A stretch of 63,005 bases of DNA, filler included, from Octopus bimaculoides (GCF_001194135.2; 6 parts of 6 records of this genome joined end to end with filler, not necessarily neighbours in it); one strand, 5' to 3'. Counted from the whole stretch's first letter, positions 1 to 11,782 are shown. The notes: generated from the sequence alone by a model not told the origin. Numbers and translations: made by a program.

Positions 1-36
<36 letters not shown>

Positions 37-1492
37 CATACATAATGTCTAAATGCATATATGTATGTGTTTATCTGCATTATTATTAATGAACGTATAT
101 TTATACGTATGTCCGTGTAAATATGGCCGTATATTGGAATTATATAATATATATGGAGAGAGACAGACACAGACAAACAGAGACAATGAGAGAGAGAGAG
201 AGAGAGAGAGAGAAAGAAAGAAAGAGAAAGAGAAAAATTGCTGCATGTTATATTTACCTTGATGTTTTTCAAAACGGCGACGACGATGACAAAGATGATG
301 ATGATGGTGGTGGTGGTGGTGGTAATTTGGGATGAAAATGTGACAAAAGTGGTCGTTATTGTGGTAGTCGTGGTGCTGGTACTATTACAACCAAAAGTAG
401 TAGTAGTAGTAGTAATCATATTTTCTTCCAACAATATATTTATTTCGAAATTGTTTTTGACGATTTCCAGCTGCGATAGTGAAATTACTTTTGGCGCCCT
501 AACTGTGGTTATTATACCGTTAGATATTAACAAAATTTTCTTTCTGTTCAGTTTTTGTGAGTGCTTCCATTGTTATTTAGCTTTGTGAATATATTATCTA
601 AACATAGTTAAATAAGGACTAGAGTAACTAGTATTATGTAAAAGATTGCTATTTGGCAGTTAGTTTAAATACTTCGATATTTTTTATCAAAAAGAAAAGT
701 ATGGAAAGACAGAAAACATCGACTCTTCATCTGATTTAACTTTATTTTTTTTAGGCTCATTGTTTTTCCTCGATGGAGAAATCATTTGAGCACCATATGA
801 CCTTTTTGCAGGTGAGGCAATACCTAAGCCAAAATAATATCTACATGGTCGTACGATCTGATAGAAATATCAGCTACTTTTTTTTCATGTTATAACCTAC
901 CGTTTTAAAAATAAAGAGGTACGTATTGGATACAGTGCTAGATATATAAGATCTGGGAAGAGAAGAAATGGCGAAGAATGATGAAGGGGATAAAAACATG
1001 AAAGAGGTGGAGGATGTTAAGTCTTTGATCCTAGTTTAGCTACTTAAAGAGTAGCATAAAACAGTAACGACCAATCGACACCTCAGTGGTATGTTTGTTA
1101 TCATGATTATGTTACAGTTTAAAACCATGCTGTAGTACCTAAAGGTATAATCGGCAATAAAGCTTTTAAAGAAAATAGGGAGAGAGTGAAAGAAAGTTGA
1201 GGTGAGGGCGTTCAGTAGCGTAGCTAACGTATGTACTACTCCAGGACAGCTCTTTATTTTGATGTACCCCACAGTCTATACGGTCTTAAGCAGCGGACTC
1301 AAAACTGTCACCCTCATAAAAGTGTTACTTGATGCAGACACAGCTCTCACCTCTCCATCTCCCTCGCTAGGATACTAAGGGCGTTAGACCTGCAGATTAC
1401 TACTTATAAATGAAAATATTAAATATTTGGTTATATATATATATATATATAATTAAATATGTTTGTGTCTCCTCTCCATTTTTACACCTCTC

Positions 1493-1535
1493 AGTCCTTT
1501 CTGTCGAAGAGCGACGGTTCGAATCGTCAAAGACT
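1493..1535 (+). ncRNA. Degenerate minimal hammerhead motif
   Basis: AGTCCTTT CTGTCGA A GAGC-GACG-GTTC GAATC GTC AAAGACT. Stems I and II form; there are two core substitutions. Confidence 0.45.
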
Positions 1536-1661
1536 TTTCCTTTCTTCCCAAGCGTCAAACTAATACACCTGCTTGCCGTTCCTCATTTGTCTGTTGTTTC
1601 CTGTTTGAACAATATATACATACACATACACAACTTTATCATTTACCAAAGAACACAGATA

Positions 1662-1705
<44 letters not shown>

Positions 1706-2119
1706 CACACACACACACACAAAGCTATCTTAACTTAAAACATTTCGAACTTTGACTAGCAAAACCAGCGACGAAGAACCCTCTTTCATGCACTACGAAC
1801 TACGACAGAAACTTTCTTTCTCTCCATTTTCTCATACTCTTTTTTAAAAACTTCATCGTATCTAATTGCTAGTATAACTGAATATTACTCAATTATGTAT
1901 AACTGTTATGAAGTTCATCAAACATTTGAACTTCTGTTGCTGTCTATCTCTGTACAACTCATTGGAATTTCTATTTGATCGTTTTAAAATGTTTTTCAAA
2001 ATTTTCCCTTGTAACTTTAATCTCTCCTAAACCCTTTTCTTATTTATTTATTTTGTTTTTATCTTCACCATTGATAAAAAAAATTGTCGAAGCCTGTTTG
2101 GTATCTGAATATTTGTTGT

Positions 2120-2424
2120 TGGCACTCCGTCGCTTACGACGACGAGGGTTCCAGTTGATCTGATCAGCGGAACAGCCTGTTCGTGAAATTAACGTGCAAG
2201 TGGTTGAGCATTCCACAAACACGTGTACCCTTAACGTAGTTTTCGGGGATATTCAGCGTGACATAGAGTGTGATAAGGCTGGCCCTTTGAATTACATGTA
2301 CAATAGAAACAGGAAGTAAGAGTGAAAGAAAGTTGTGGTGAAAGAGTACAGCAGGGTTCAACACCATCCCCTGCCGGAGCCTCGTGGAGCTTTAGGAGCT
2401 TTCGCTCAATAAACACTCACAACG
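2120..2424 (-). mobile_element. Interspersed repeat family C, SINE-like (copies at ~33350-33480, ~45985-46135, ~53270-53320)
   Basis: Shared GAGGGT.CCAG.TGAT...GTGAAATTA.C.TGCAAGTGG..AG.A.TCCAC...TACCCTTAAC.TAGTT.TC.GGG blocks. Confidence 0.75.
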
Positions 2425-2621
2425 NNNNNNNNNNNNNNNNNNNNNNNNNNNNNNNNNNNNNNNNNNNNNNNNNNNNNNNNNNNNNNNNNNNNNNNNNNNN
2501 NNNNNNNNNNNNNNNNNNNNNNNNNNNNNNNNNNNNNNNNNNNNNNNNNNNNNNNNNNNNNNNNNNNNNNNNNNNNNNNNNNNNNNNNNNNNNNNNNNNN
2601 NNNNNNNNNNNNATATATATA

Positions 2622-3908
2622 CAGGGGTTGAACAAATAATGTAAATGCTTTAAAATTTCAAACAAATTTATTTTAATATGGAGTAGAACCGCCTTTGGAA
2701 GTATTTACAGCTTGAATTCTACGAGGCATGGACTTGTACAAAGTTTCAATTGTTTCCAAAGGAATTTTTGTCCATTCTTCAGCTAAAACAGTCTCTAGTT
2801 CTTGTAGTGATGATGGTGGAGGATATCGACTCCTTACTTGTTTTTGTAAAATGCACCATAAATGTTCAATAATATTGATATATGTGCACTGTGGTGGCTA
2901 GATAAGATGTTCAACTTCATTAGAATGTTCCTCGTGCCATTCAGTAACAACTTTAGCTGTGTGAATTGGCGCATTATCATCCTGAAAGATTGCGTTTTCC
3001 TCCGGAAACAGTTCCACAACCATAGAATGAATTTGATCAGATAAAATGTATAAATAGTCTTGACTATTAATTCTGCCATGAAGGGAAACCATTGGGCGGC
3101 AGATTTCCAAGATATAGCATACCACCCACCCACCCCACTTGATCATCACAGATCCTTCCCCATATTTAACAGTTGCAAGAAGGCAGTCTGGGTCAAATAC
3201 TTCTTTCGGCTGTCTCCACATGTATACTCGGCCGGTGGTCGGAAATAAAGTAAAGGATGACTCGACCGAGAAAATAATATCCTTTCACTGCTATAGGGAC
3301 CAATTCTGTAGGTTTTTACTCCACTCTAAACGCTTTGCAACGTTTGTTTTTGAAAGTAGTAGTTTTCTGATTGCAGCCCTCCCGTGAAATCCGGCTTTGT
3401 GCAGCTCCCGGCGAACAGTTTCTGTGGAAACTGGGTTCTCGAGGTGATCATTAAACTCTGCAGTAATTTTAGGAGCTGTACTTTTGTGAACCTTTCTAAC
3501 AATTTGCGTAAGATTCCGACGATTCCTATCTGAAAGTCTTGGTTTTCTTCCGGAGTTTTGTGTCGACGAGGAAGTTTTTTCCTCTTTCTCAAAGGCTACG
3601 ATTACTTTCGAAACAGTACTTCTTGATGCACCAAACATTTCGGCTGTTTTCCTTACGCTAGCGCCTGCCATACGAGCATCAACAATTTGACCTCTTTGAA
3701 AGTCCGATACATCTGTCATTTTAATGAATTTTAATTACCTTTTTCTGATGATATCTGAAAAGAAACAGCAATTTTAGCAAAACATATTAAGCAACACTAA
3801 TAATAAACCAAAAAACATAAAAATAAACAAGCTTTTGACGGTTTTATAGATATTTCAAAATTATGATGCTATGAGGCTAGGTGTTTCCATTATTTTATCG
3901 AACTCCTG
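2622..3908 (-). mobile_element. Full-length Tc1/mariner DNA transposon (1287 bp), inactive
   Basis: Imperfect TIRs CAGGGGTTGAACAAATAATG and (reverse complement) CAGGAGTTCGATAAAATAATG, each flanked by TA, enclosing a transposase pseudogene. Confidence 0.95.
2673..3719 (-). pseudogene. Tc1-type DD34E transposase pseudogene
   Basis: One frame of 349 codons: HTH (MTDVSDFQRGQIVDAR), FSVESSF (FSDES with catalytic D changed to V), FQDDNAPIH, *PPQCTYINIIEHLW, ending GGSTPY*. It has three in-frame stops and a local compensated indel near SVMI. Confidence 0.93.
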
Positions 3909-4440
3909 TATATATANNNNNNNNNNNNNNNNNNNNNNNNNNNNNNNNNNNNNNNNNNNNNNNNNNNNNNNNNNNNNNNNNNNNNNNNNNNNNNNNNNNN
4001 NNNNNNNNNNNNNNNNNNNNNNNNNNNNNNNNNNNNNNNNNNNNNNNNNNNNNNNNNNNNNNNNNNNNNNNNNNNNNNNNNNNNNNNNNNNNNNNNNNNN
4101 NNNNNNNNNNNNNNNNNNNNNNNNNNNNNNNNNNNNNNNNNNNNNNNNNNNNNNNNNNNNNNNNNNNNNNNNNNNNNNNNNNNNNNNNNNNNNNNNNNNN
4201 NNNNNNNNNNNNNNNNNNNNNNNNNNNNNNNNNNNNNNNNNNNNNNNNNNNNNNNNNNNNNNNNNNNNNNNNNNNNNNNNNNNNNNNNNNNNNNNNNNNN
4301 NNNNNNNNNNNNNNNNNNNNNNNNNNNNNNNNNNNNNNNNNNNNNNNNNNNNNNNNNNNNNNNNNNNNNNNNNNNNNNNNNNNNNNNNNNNNNNNNNNNN
4401 NNNNNNNNNNNNNNNNNNNNNNNNNNNNNNNNNNNNNNNN

Positions 4441-4482
<42 letters not shown>

Positions 4483-5054
4483 TATATACTTCTATGTATG
4501 TGTGAATAATTTATATATATATTATTCACACATACATAGAAGTATAAGTGTATATTTTTCTAATAACATTTTCTCTTTCATTTCTACAAATTCCTACGTC
4601 TTCTCTGCTGTTTGCTTTATTCTGAACTTTTCAGTTCTGTCTCAAACTAAATTTTCAGGTACATTTTTCATTCCAGCAAGTAATAAAAAAAAAGAGTGTT
4701 TTTTTCTTTTATTCATGTGCATATTGTATATTATGAATTCAATTGTATATTGTCTTTTCAATTGTGTACAATATATATGCTCATTTTTCTAACAATAATA
4801 CAAGGCCACAATTATGTATAAGATATTACTGAATAAAATCGGCCTCTGAATTAGGCTGTTACCTATTTCTTCAACAAAGCCATGACAATGTAAAATAAAT
4901 TTCAAGATATCAGCTCAGGTTAATAAGGTAAACACATTCAGTTTTCCTTTGAAGAACAATTCCTGTGCGGAGTCATGAAACACAACTAATACCAAGAAAC
5001 CCACGCGGAAAACTTTTACCTCTACAAATAAACATTATTTTATTTTAAGTAATT

Positions 5055-5815
5055 AGTATTCTAGCTTAGACGACTGCCAAGACGTCTCCAAATAAGTCTG
5101 GCATATGACAATAAAGTTCGTAGGGCAGACCATCCAAGCCTGGCAACTTGTCTCCTGCGCAGCCTGCCATCGTATCCCGTACGTCCGCGGCTGTGATGAG
5201 TCTTTCACAACACTCCGCCTCTTTTGCTGAGAGTCGTGGAAGACCATGCAGGTAGGCACTAAAGTCCACTCTGCGTTCTGACCCACCAGTAGTCCCGAAG
5301 TCGGGCAAAGTGTTGTTGAAAGGCCTCACACATCCTTTCGTGTTCGAGTAATTCGCGTCCCTGCTCATCTATCAGAGACCTAATGGTGGCCTTGTGCCTC
5401 GTTGCACCTCGGCCACTCGGGCTATTCGGGCGGCTCCAACTCCTTCATTCTTCAGAGCACGCATCCTAGCTCTGGCAACGCATCTTAGCTCTGACAACGC
5501 ATCCTAGCCCTGACAACCCATCCTAGCTCTTACAACGCATCCTTCGTGTTTGGCGTTGAAGTGTTTGTTGGTCGAGGGCCAACCTCGCCGCCAGTACGTT
5601 GGACGTGGTGCCAGTTCTAAGTGCCTCTTCTAATTTCTTAACTATGCCTCCCTCTATTCTATTTCGGTCTAAAGCTAGGGCTTACTGTACCTAACCGATT
5701 CTGCTTTAATTGCTTTCTTTAGTGCATACCACTATCTAATGTAGACGACGGCGCCAATGCTCTCTTAACTAGTGGGCTAATCCGGTCCCTGTAAGCCTGG
5801 CGTGCCCTGAACGAT
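5055..5815 (-). mobile_element. Tx1/L1-clade LINE ORF2 fragment (between endonuclease and RT start)
   Basis: Minus-strand translation gives KKLEEALRTG, AKHEGCVVRARMRALKNEG and DFSAYLHGLPRLS...KLPGLDGLPYELY..MPDLFG..LA, the K(S)PGLDG.P.E.Y motif that precedes LINE RT. Locally GC-rich and frameshifted. Confidence 0.8.
5459..5543. repeat. 19-bp minisatellite (~4.5 copies) inside LINE ORF2
   Basis: Unit GACAACGCATCCTAGCTCT repeated with single substitutions. Confidence 0.9.
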
Positions 5816-7555
5816 ATATATTGGCATACAAGTGTGTGTATTACATATATGTATGTCTGTCTGTGTGTGCATGCACAAATGTTTCTAATATAAGTATACA
5901 TACATATGTATATATGTATGTATTAGACAAGTAGAAACAAACAACTTCATTGATATTTCAACATCTTAATTTCTTCAACCGTTTCGACATAAACCATAAA
6001 CGTTGCAAAACTAAAATGCAAAAAGCTAACGTGGTGGTGGTAGAAATTTGCGATCTCACTTGCTGTAATTTTGCAGCGGAGTCATATTCCGATGAGTGTA
6101 AATATTGTGATAAATGTCGGGTAGACGGACACTTATCAAAAATTGATATCGGATATAGACAAGTGAACTTGGATAGGTTAAAGATAAACGGAAAGTAATT
6201 TGGACATTGGACACGGTAAGTACATATTTCATTTGAAACATAATAATAATGGTTACATATAACATAAATTTCATATGTATATGTGTGTGTATATGTGTGT
6301 GCATGTGCGTGTATATGTTTGAGTAGGTATACATATACACCCAATTCTATTATATACAAGACGTATAGCCAAGATGAATCTACTTTATATTTTTGTAATT
6401 CATCAAATGCAGCCGTTATGTGAGTGCATATATATACACACATATACACATACGTATGTGTGTATCTGCATATAGGCATATATATTATATATATTATATG
6501 TGGGTGTGATGAATATTATGTTTGTGTGTGTTTGATGAATATCGCAAATATGAATCGTTAGATTTTATAATATATAACTTAACCATAGGCCTTATTTTTA
6601 TATATATTTATAATATATGTTTGTGTGTGTCTGTGTATGAGTATTTCAATATAAGATGAATACAGAAGCTATATTTAATACATAAAAGATATGCATAGAT
6701 ATGTTTCATACATTACAAGAACAGATATTATATTCTAGACACCACCATAAACTTATTAATAATATTTGTTTGCATATATGCATATGCGTATATGTGTATG
6801 AGTGTATGTATGTATATATGAATGTATCTATGCATATATACGTATATACGTATATATGTATGTATTAATAAATGTATGTATGCGTGTGTTTGTGTGTGTG
6901 TCTGCCCCATGTAAAGAAAAATATCCTGTTGCTGCAGACACCTCTAACACACCAACAATAACAATAACAATAACAATAACAACAACAAAAGCATCAGTGC
7001 CAAGAGCAGCAAGAGGAAGACCATTGGACGCTTATTTATTTATATGTATACACATGTATATGTGCATATATATGCACGTATGTGTATATATATACATATA
7101 TATATATATATATANNNNNNNNNNNNNNNNNNNNNNNNNNNNNNNNNNNNNNNNNNNNNNNNNNNNNNNNNNNNNNNNNNNNNNNNNNNNNNNNNNNNNN
7201 NNNNNNNNNNNNNNNNNNNNNNNNNNNNNNNNNNNNNNNNNNNNNNNNNNNNNNNNNNNNNNNNNNNNNNNNNNNNNNNNNNNNNNNNNNNNNNNNNNNN
7301 NNNNNNNNNNNNNNNNNNNNNNNNNNNNNNNNNNNNNNNNNNNNNNNNNNNNNNNNNNNNNNNNNNNNNNNNNNNNNNNNNNNNNNNNNNNNNNNNNNNN
7401 NNNNNNNNNNNNNNNNNNNNNNNNNNNNNNNNNNNNNNNNNNNNNNNNNNNNNNNNNNNNNNNNNNNNNNNNNNNNNNNNNNNNNNNNNNNNNNNNNNNN
7501 NNNNNNNNNNNNNNNNNNNNNNNNNNNNNNNNNNNNNNATATATACATAATAAAT

Positions 7556-8110
7556 ACGAAATGGAGCAAGAACGCAAAACATCCAGTCAGACGATACGAA
7601 GATAACAGGGACGGGTCTTTCGAAGTTTTCTATCCTCAGTCGAGTTCCAGATTATCTTTGCAATTTCGGTTGGTTATACTCGAGATTGCTCCAATCTGGC
7701 CAGCCCCAAGGAAAAACTAAGTTTTTCCTTGGGGCTGGCCAGATTTTTCCTCAGCTTAGTTTTTCCTTGGGGTTGGCCAGATATTTTCTAAGCTTAGTTT
7801 TTCCTTGGGGCTGGCTATATTGGAGCATTAGATTCCTTGGAAGAAAGCACCAAATGTATACGAAAACAAGGACAGAAAAAAGCGGAGAAATGTTACACAA
7901 ATACAAATGCAATTAACAGGACATAACAACAGGTGTCTTTCGACTAAGGACGAATTAAATTAAGCTGGCGTGTGTGGAAATAAAGCCTTACGGCAGGGAC
8001 ATAGCATTGGACAGGCACAGGGAGGAATATAGATGTTGCACGAATGGTAATCGAACCAGGAAAGGAATGTTAGGCTTGGCCGGACACCGGCCACGTGAGG
8101 AGAGAAGAGA
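7556..8110. repeat. Interspersed repeat, possibly a Penelope terminal-repeat region, with internal rearrangement
   Basis: Alignable along ~350 bp with 36680-37025 (e.g. TCGAGTTCCAGATTATCTTTGCAATTTCGG, TAGATTCCTTGGAAGAAAGCA, AACAGGACATAACAACAGGTGTCTTTC). The class is inferred. Confidence 0.8.
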
Positions 8111-8430
8111 GGTAGAGGCAGAGGGATAGAAGAATTAAGGAGGGGCGAGAAAAAATGGAAGAGACATAGAGAAGTGAAAGAGGGAGGAAAGTGAGCATGA
8201 AGAGAAGACCAGGAAATGTGAGAGAGGGGGAACGAAAGAACGAAGAGTGGAATGAACGAATAAGCGTGAAAGGGCTGATAGAAAGAACGAAAGAACGAAA
8301 GAACAGAAAGAATAATACAGTCGTACAAAATTTAGATATATATATATATATATATATATACTTACATATAAGATTCCAAAATGTACGTACGCCGCTATAT
8401 TTTATATATAAAAAAATACAAAAATGAGAC

Positions 8431-8495
<65 letters not shown>

Positions 8496-9599
8496 TATGT
8501 ATATATAAATAAATATATTATATTTTACTTCTTATCGTAAATGCTTTATATGGAATGTTTATCGCTATATTACTTATCTCCATATAGAGACAATGTTTCT
8601 TAAACCTTTTTCACTTATATTTCAAAATATCCGTCAGCCGCATCAGTTATAGTTCTCACACAACTAGACTCAACACTACCTAAGCATGTTTATATATTTC
8701 GCCTTTCATAATCATATTATGAATATCCAAATATGTTATACGACAGTAACCCCATCTAGTCTTTTGTAACACTATAATATTCTTCTGATATTTTCTTTTT
8801 GATGTATTCTTCTTTTGCACTGAGCGGAACCGTAATATGGAATTAATTTAATTATAATTATAATTAAATTCAAGGTGAAGTATATTTGCCACTTAAATGT
8901 GGCTGACACGTGAGAGTAGATGTTACTGTTGCTTTTAGCCCCAGGAGAACATCTCCTCCAGCTGGCTATTAACACACATTTGTGTCCCGTCTGTATTTGC
9001 AAAGGGAAGTCATCCTTCCCATCTTGATCTGCGATACGTACGGACTCGAGTTTCTGGGTATTTACCCGTCCTCAGCGTACGACAATCGCCGTGTGTGTGT
9101 GTGCCTGTGTGTATTGCCTGTGTGTAAAATATATACACAGAAAATGGATATATACATGTATGTATAATGTGTATGCATATATATTTACATACACACATAT
9201 ATAACCATATATATAAAGATACACACACACGCACATACACACATATAATGTATGTACGATGTGTATATATGCTGGATAATTTGTTTTGACGAAATGTAAA
9301 GGTCAATTTATTGCCTGATTTTTTTTTAGTTCTATTCTGATTGCGTGTGTATTTCATGTTTTTATCTAACGGTGTTTTGTTATCGGTCTGTTATATTTTA
9401 TTTCATTCATTTATTTTATTTTTGATTCCTTGTTCTTTTATTCTCGTATACTTATTTCATTGCTTACATGTAAAGAATTCTTCGTCGTATCTTAGTTTAT
9501 TTTTTATGGAGAGGCATAGTACGCTACAATTACCAAATGTGTTGATATAGAAATAAGCGAAACGGTGAATAAAAATGGAGGTGCCTTTTGAAAATTCAC

Positions 9600-9693
9600 C
9601 TGACGAGACGCAAATGCACCGGCGATGCTTCACAACATTTTGTACAGCATCTCATCTGTAAGGGACCGGTGCATGATGGGTGAAACGATCGAA
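9600..9693 (+). ncRNA. Second copy of the long-stem-II hammerhead-like motif
   Basis: CTGACGA G ... ATGCACCGG/CCGGTGCAT and GATGCT/AGCATC helices ... TGGGT GAAAC GATC GAA. Homologous to 54416-54509. The cleavage triplet is mutated. Confidence 0.5.
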
Positions 9694-9732
9694 TGGTTCT
9701 GCATAAAATGTCACGTGAATTCCACTTTCTTT

Positions 9733-10082
9733 CAGGGGTGGCTGTGTGGTAAGTAGCTAGCTTACCAACCACATGGTTCCGGGTTCAGTCCCACTGCGTG
9801 GCACCTTGGGTAAGTATCTTGTACTATAGTCTCGGGCCGACCAAAGCTTTGTGAGTAGATTTGGTAGACGGAAACTGATAGAAGCCTGACATATATATAT
9901 ACATATATGTGTGTGTATGTGTGTGTTTATGTTTGTGTGTCTTATGTTAGTCGTCACAATATCGGTTGACAACCTATGCTGGTGTGTTTTATGTCCTCGT
10001 AACTTAATGGTTCGGCAAAATAGATTGATAGAACAAGTACTAGGCTTACGAACAATAAGCTCTGGGGTCAATTTGCTCGACT
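9733..10082 (+). mobile_element. tRNA-derived SINE, family A (near full length)
   Basis: A-box-like TGGCTGTGTGG, B-box-like GGTTCAGTCCC, CACCTTGGG.AAGT core-like word, internal (TA/TG)n. There are many window-internal homologues. Confidence 0.85.
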
Positions 10083-10100
10083 ATATACATATATATATAC

Positions 10101-10135
<35 letters not shown>

Positions 10136-10178
10136 AATACATATATACACATATATATACATATATGTTTACATATAT

Positions 10179-10210
<32 letters not shown>

Positions 10211-10243
10211 ATATGCATATATATATACATATATATTATATAT

Positions 10244-10300
<57 letters not shown>

Positions 10301-10305
10301 TATAT
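10083..10305. repeat. Imperfect (TA)n/(TACA)n tract; (TA)n and (CA)n tracts also flank many gaps
   Basis: Direct inspection, e.g. 1-35, 34177-34262, 17898-17943. Confidence 0.95.
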
Positions 10306-10505
10306 GAGAAATATTGGTAGCTAGAAGACTCAATATGGCAGGTAAAGCTATGTAAGTGGAGGACCGTAGTTAGACTGTCGTTTCGATACTAATACGAGTG
10401 AGGAGTCTAATGCGGGTCTTGTGTGAGCATGTATATGTTAAATAAAATGAGACGACAACGCGAAGGCTGTGTGGAATTTATAGGACATTTATTAAGAGAA
10501 AGGTA

Positions 10506-10552
10506 GTCTTACAGCTGTTCTCGGCTATTAGGGGTATCCCTTCATCAGAGAC
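10506..10552 (-). ncRNA. Degenerate minimal hammerhead motif (left arm of inverted repeat)
   Basis: GTCT CTGATGA ... GAGAAC AGCT GTA AGAC. Stem I GTCT/AGAC, CUGAUGA and GUA are intact; GAAA and stem II are damaged. Confidence 0.55.
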
Positions 10553-10986
10553 GATATGAGAGAATTAATGAGAATGAAATAGTAAAGTTCAGTATAAGGA
10601 GTTATTTTGGCAAAAGAGGGATATAGGAAGTATGAAGGGAAATAAGATAATGAAAATGAAAGTAAAAGTAAAAGTAGGATGTTACAGTTGCAGTTCCATT
10701 ATCCGGGGATAGTGTTGTGTAGGATGGGTAGAAATGCTTCTTGTCTATGCTATGTAAATTCCGATAGGGGTTCATATTTTGTTCTTACAAGTGGATAGTG
10801 TGGAGACATAAACCCCATGTGCTGTTCATTGGAAGCTGGAACTGCAACTGTAACATCCTACATATATCTTTAATTTTCTTTTTTTTTTCTCTTATTTCCC
10901 TTTATACATCGTATATCCCCCCTCATTTCCAAAATAACTCCTTATACTGAACTCTACTATTTCCCTCTGGTTAACTCCCTCATATC

Positions 10987-11034
10987 GTCTCTTATGAAAG
11001 GATATCCCTAATATTCCAGAAACAGCTCTAAGAC
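10987..11034 (+). ncRNA. Degenerate minimal hammerhead motif (right arm of inverted repeat)
   Basis: GTCT CTTATGA AAGGATATCCCTAATATTCCA GAAAC AGCT CTA AGAC. GAAAC is intact; CUGAUGA and GUA each carry one substitution. Confidence 0.55.
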
Positions 11035-11125
11035 CACCTCACAGCCTTGGCTTTGTTGTCTCGTTTTATTTAATATATTCATATGTGTGTGTGTGTGTAT
11101 GTACATATACAGTAAATTATTATTA

Positions 11126-11181
<56 letters not shown>

Positions 11182-11782
11182 CATCATTGTTTTCTGAATC
11201 ACTTTGCGATCGCACTACACTCGCACACAAATCACTTTTAGACGCGATCATCGATTCACAAGCACTCGTAGACAGACTGGCAGATTTCTTTTTAAAAGCA
11301 AGTCTAACGTGGTTTGCTTGGGAGAAGCTTTTTTTCTTTGCTCTCCTTATAAAATACTCGGTGACTCGCAGAAGTATTTGTTCTGGTCGTAGATACTTTG
11401 CCCCTCGTTCAAAATATTGTGCTTGAAGAATAAAACTCGTAAGCCCAGTGTCTCGTGAAGCGGGANNNNNNNNNNNNNNNNNNNNNNNNNNNNNNNNNNN
11501 NNNNNNNNNNNNNNNNNNNNNNNNNNNNNNNNNNNNNNNNNNNNNNNNNNNNNNNNNNNNNNNNNNNNNNNNNNNNNNNNNNNNNNNNNNNNNNNNNNNN
11601 NNNNNNNNNNNNNNNNNNNNNNNNNNNNNNNNNNNNNNNNNNNNNNNNNNNNNNNNNNATATATATATATATATATATATATAGTTCAAAAACACAATAA
11701 CAAAAAAACAAAAAAACAACAAAGTGAGGACGTGATATGGATAGTATTATTGGACGCTCAGGAAAGGAAAGAGAGAGTGTAT

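Larger units (their letters stand above)
10428..11085. repeat. Long inverted repeat (arms ~10428-10697 and ~10838-11085; 140-bp spacer), Penelope pLTR-like
   Basis: Exact shared blocks GTAGGATGTTACAGTTGCAGTTCC (24 nt) and AGTTCAGTATAAGGAGTTATTTTGG (25 nt). Each arm has a hammerhead-like core. Confidence 0.85.
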
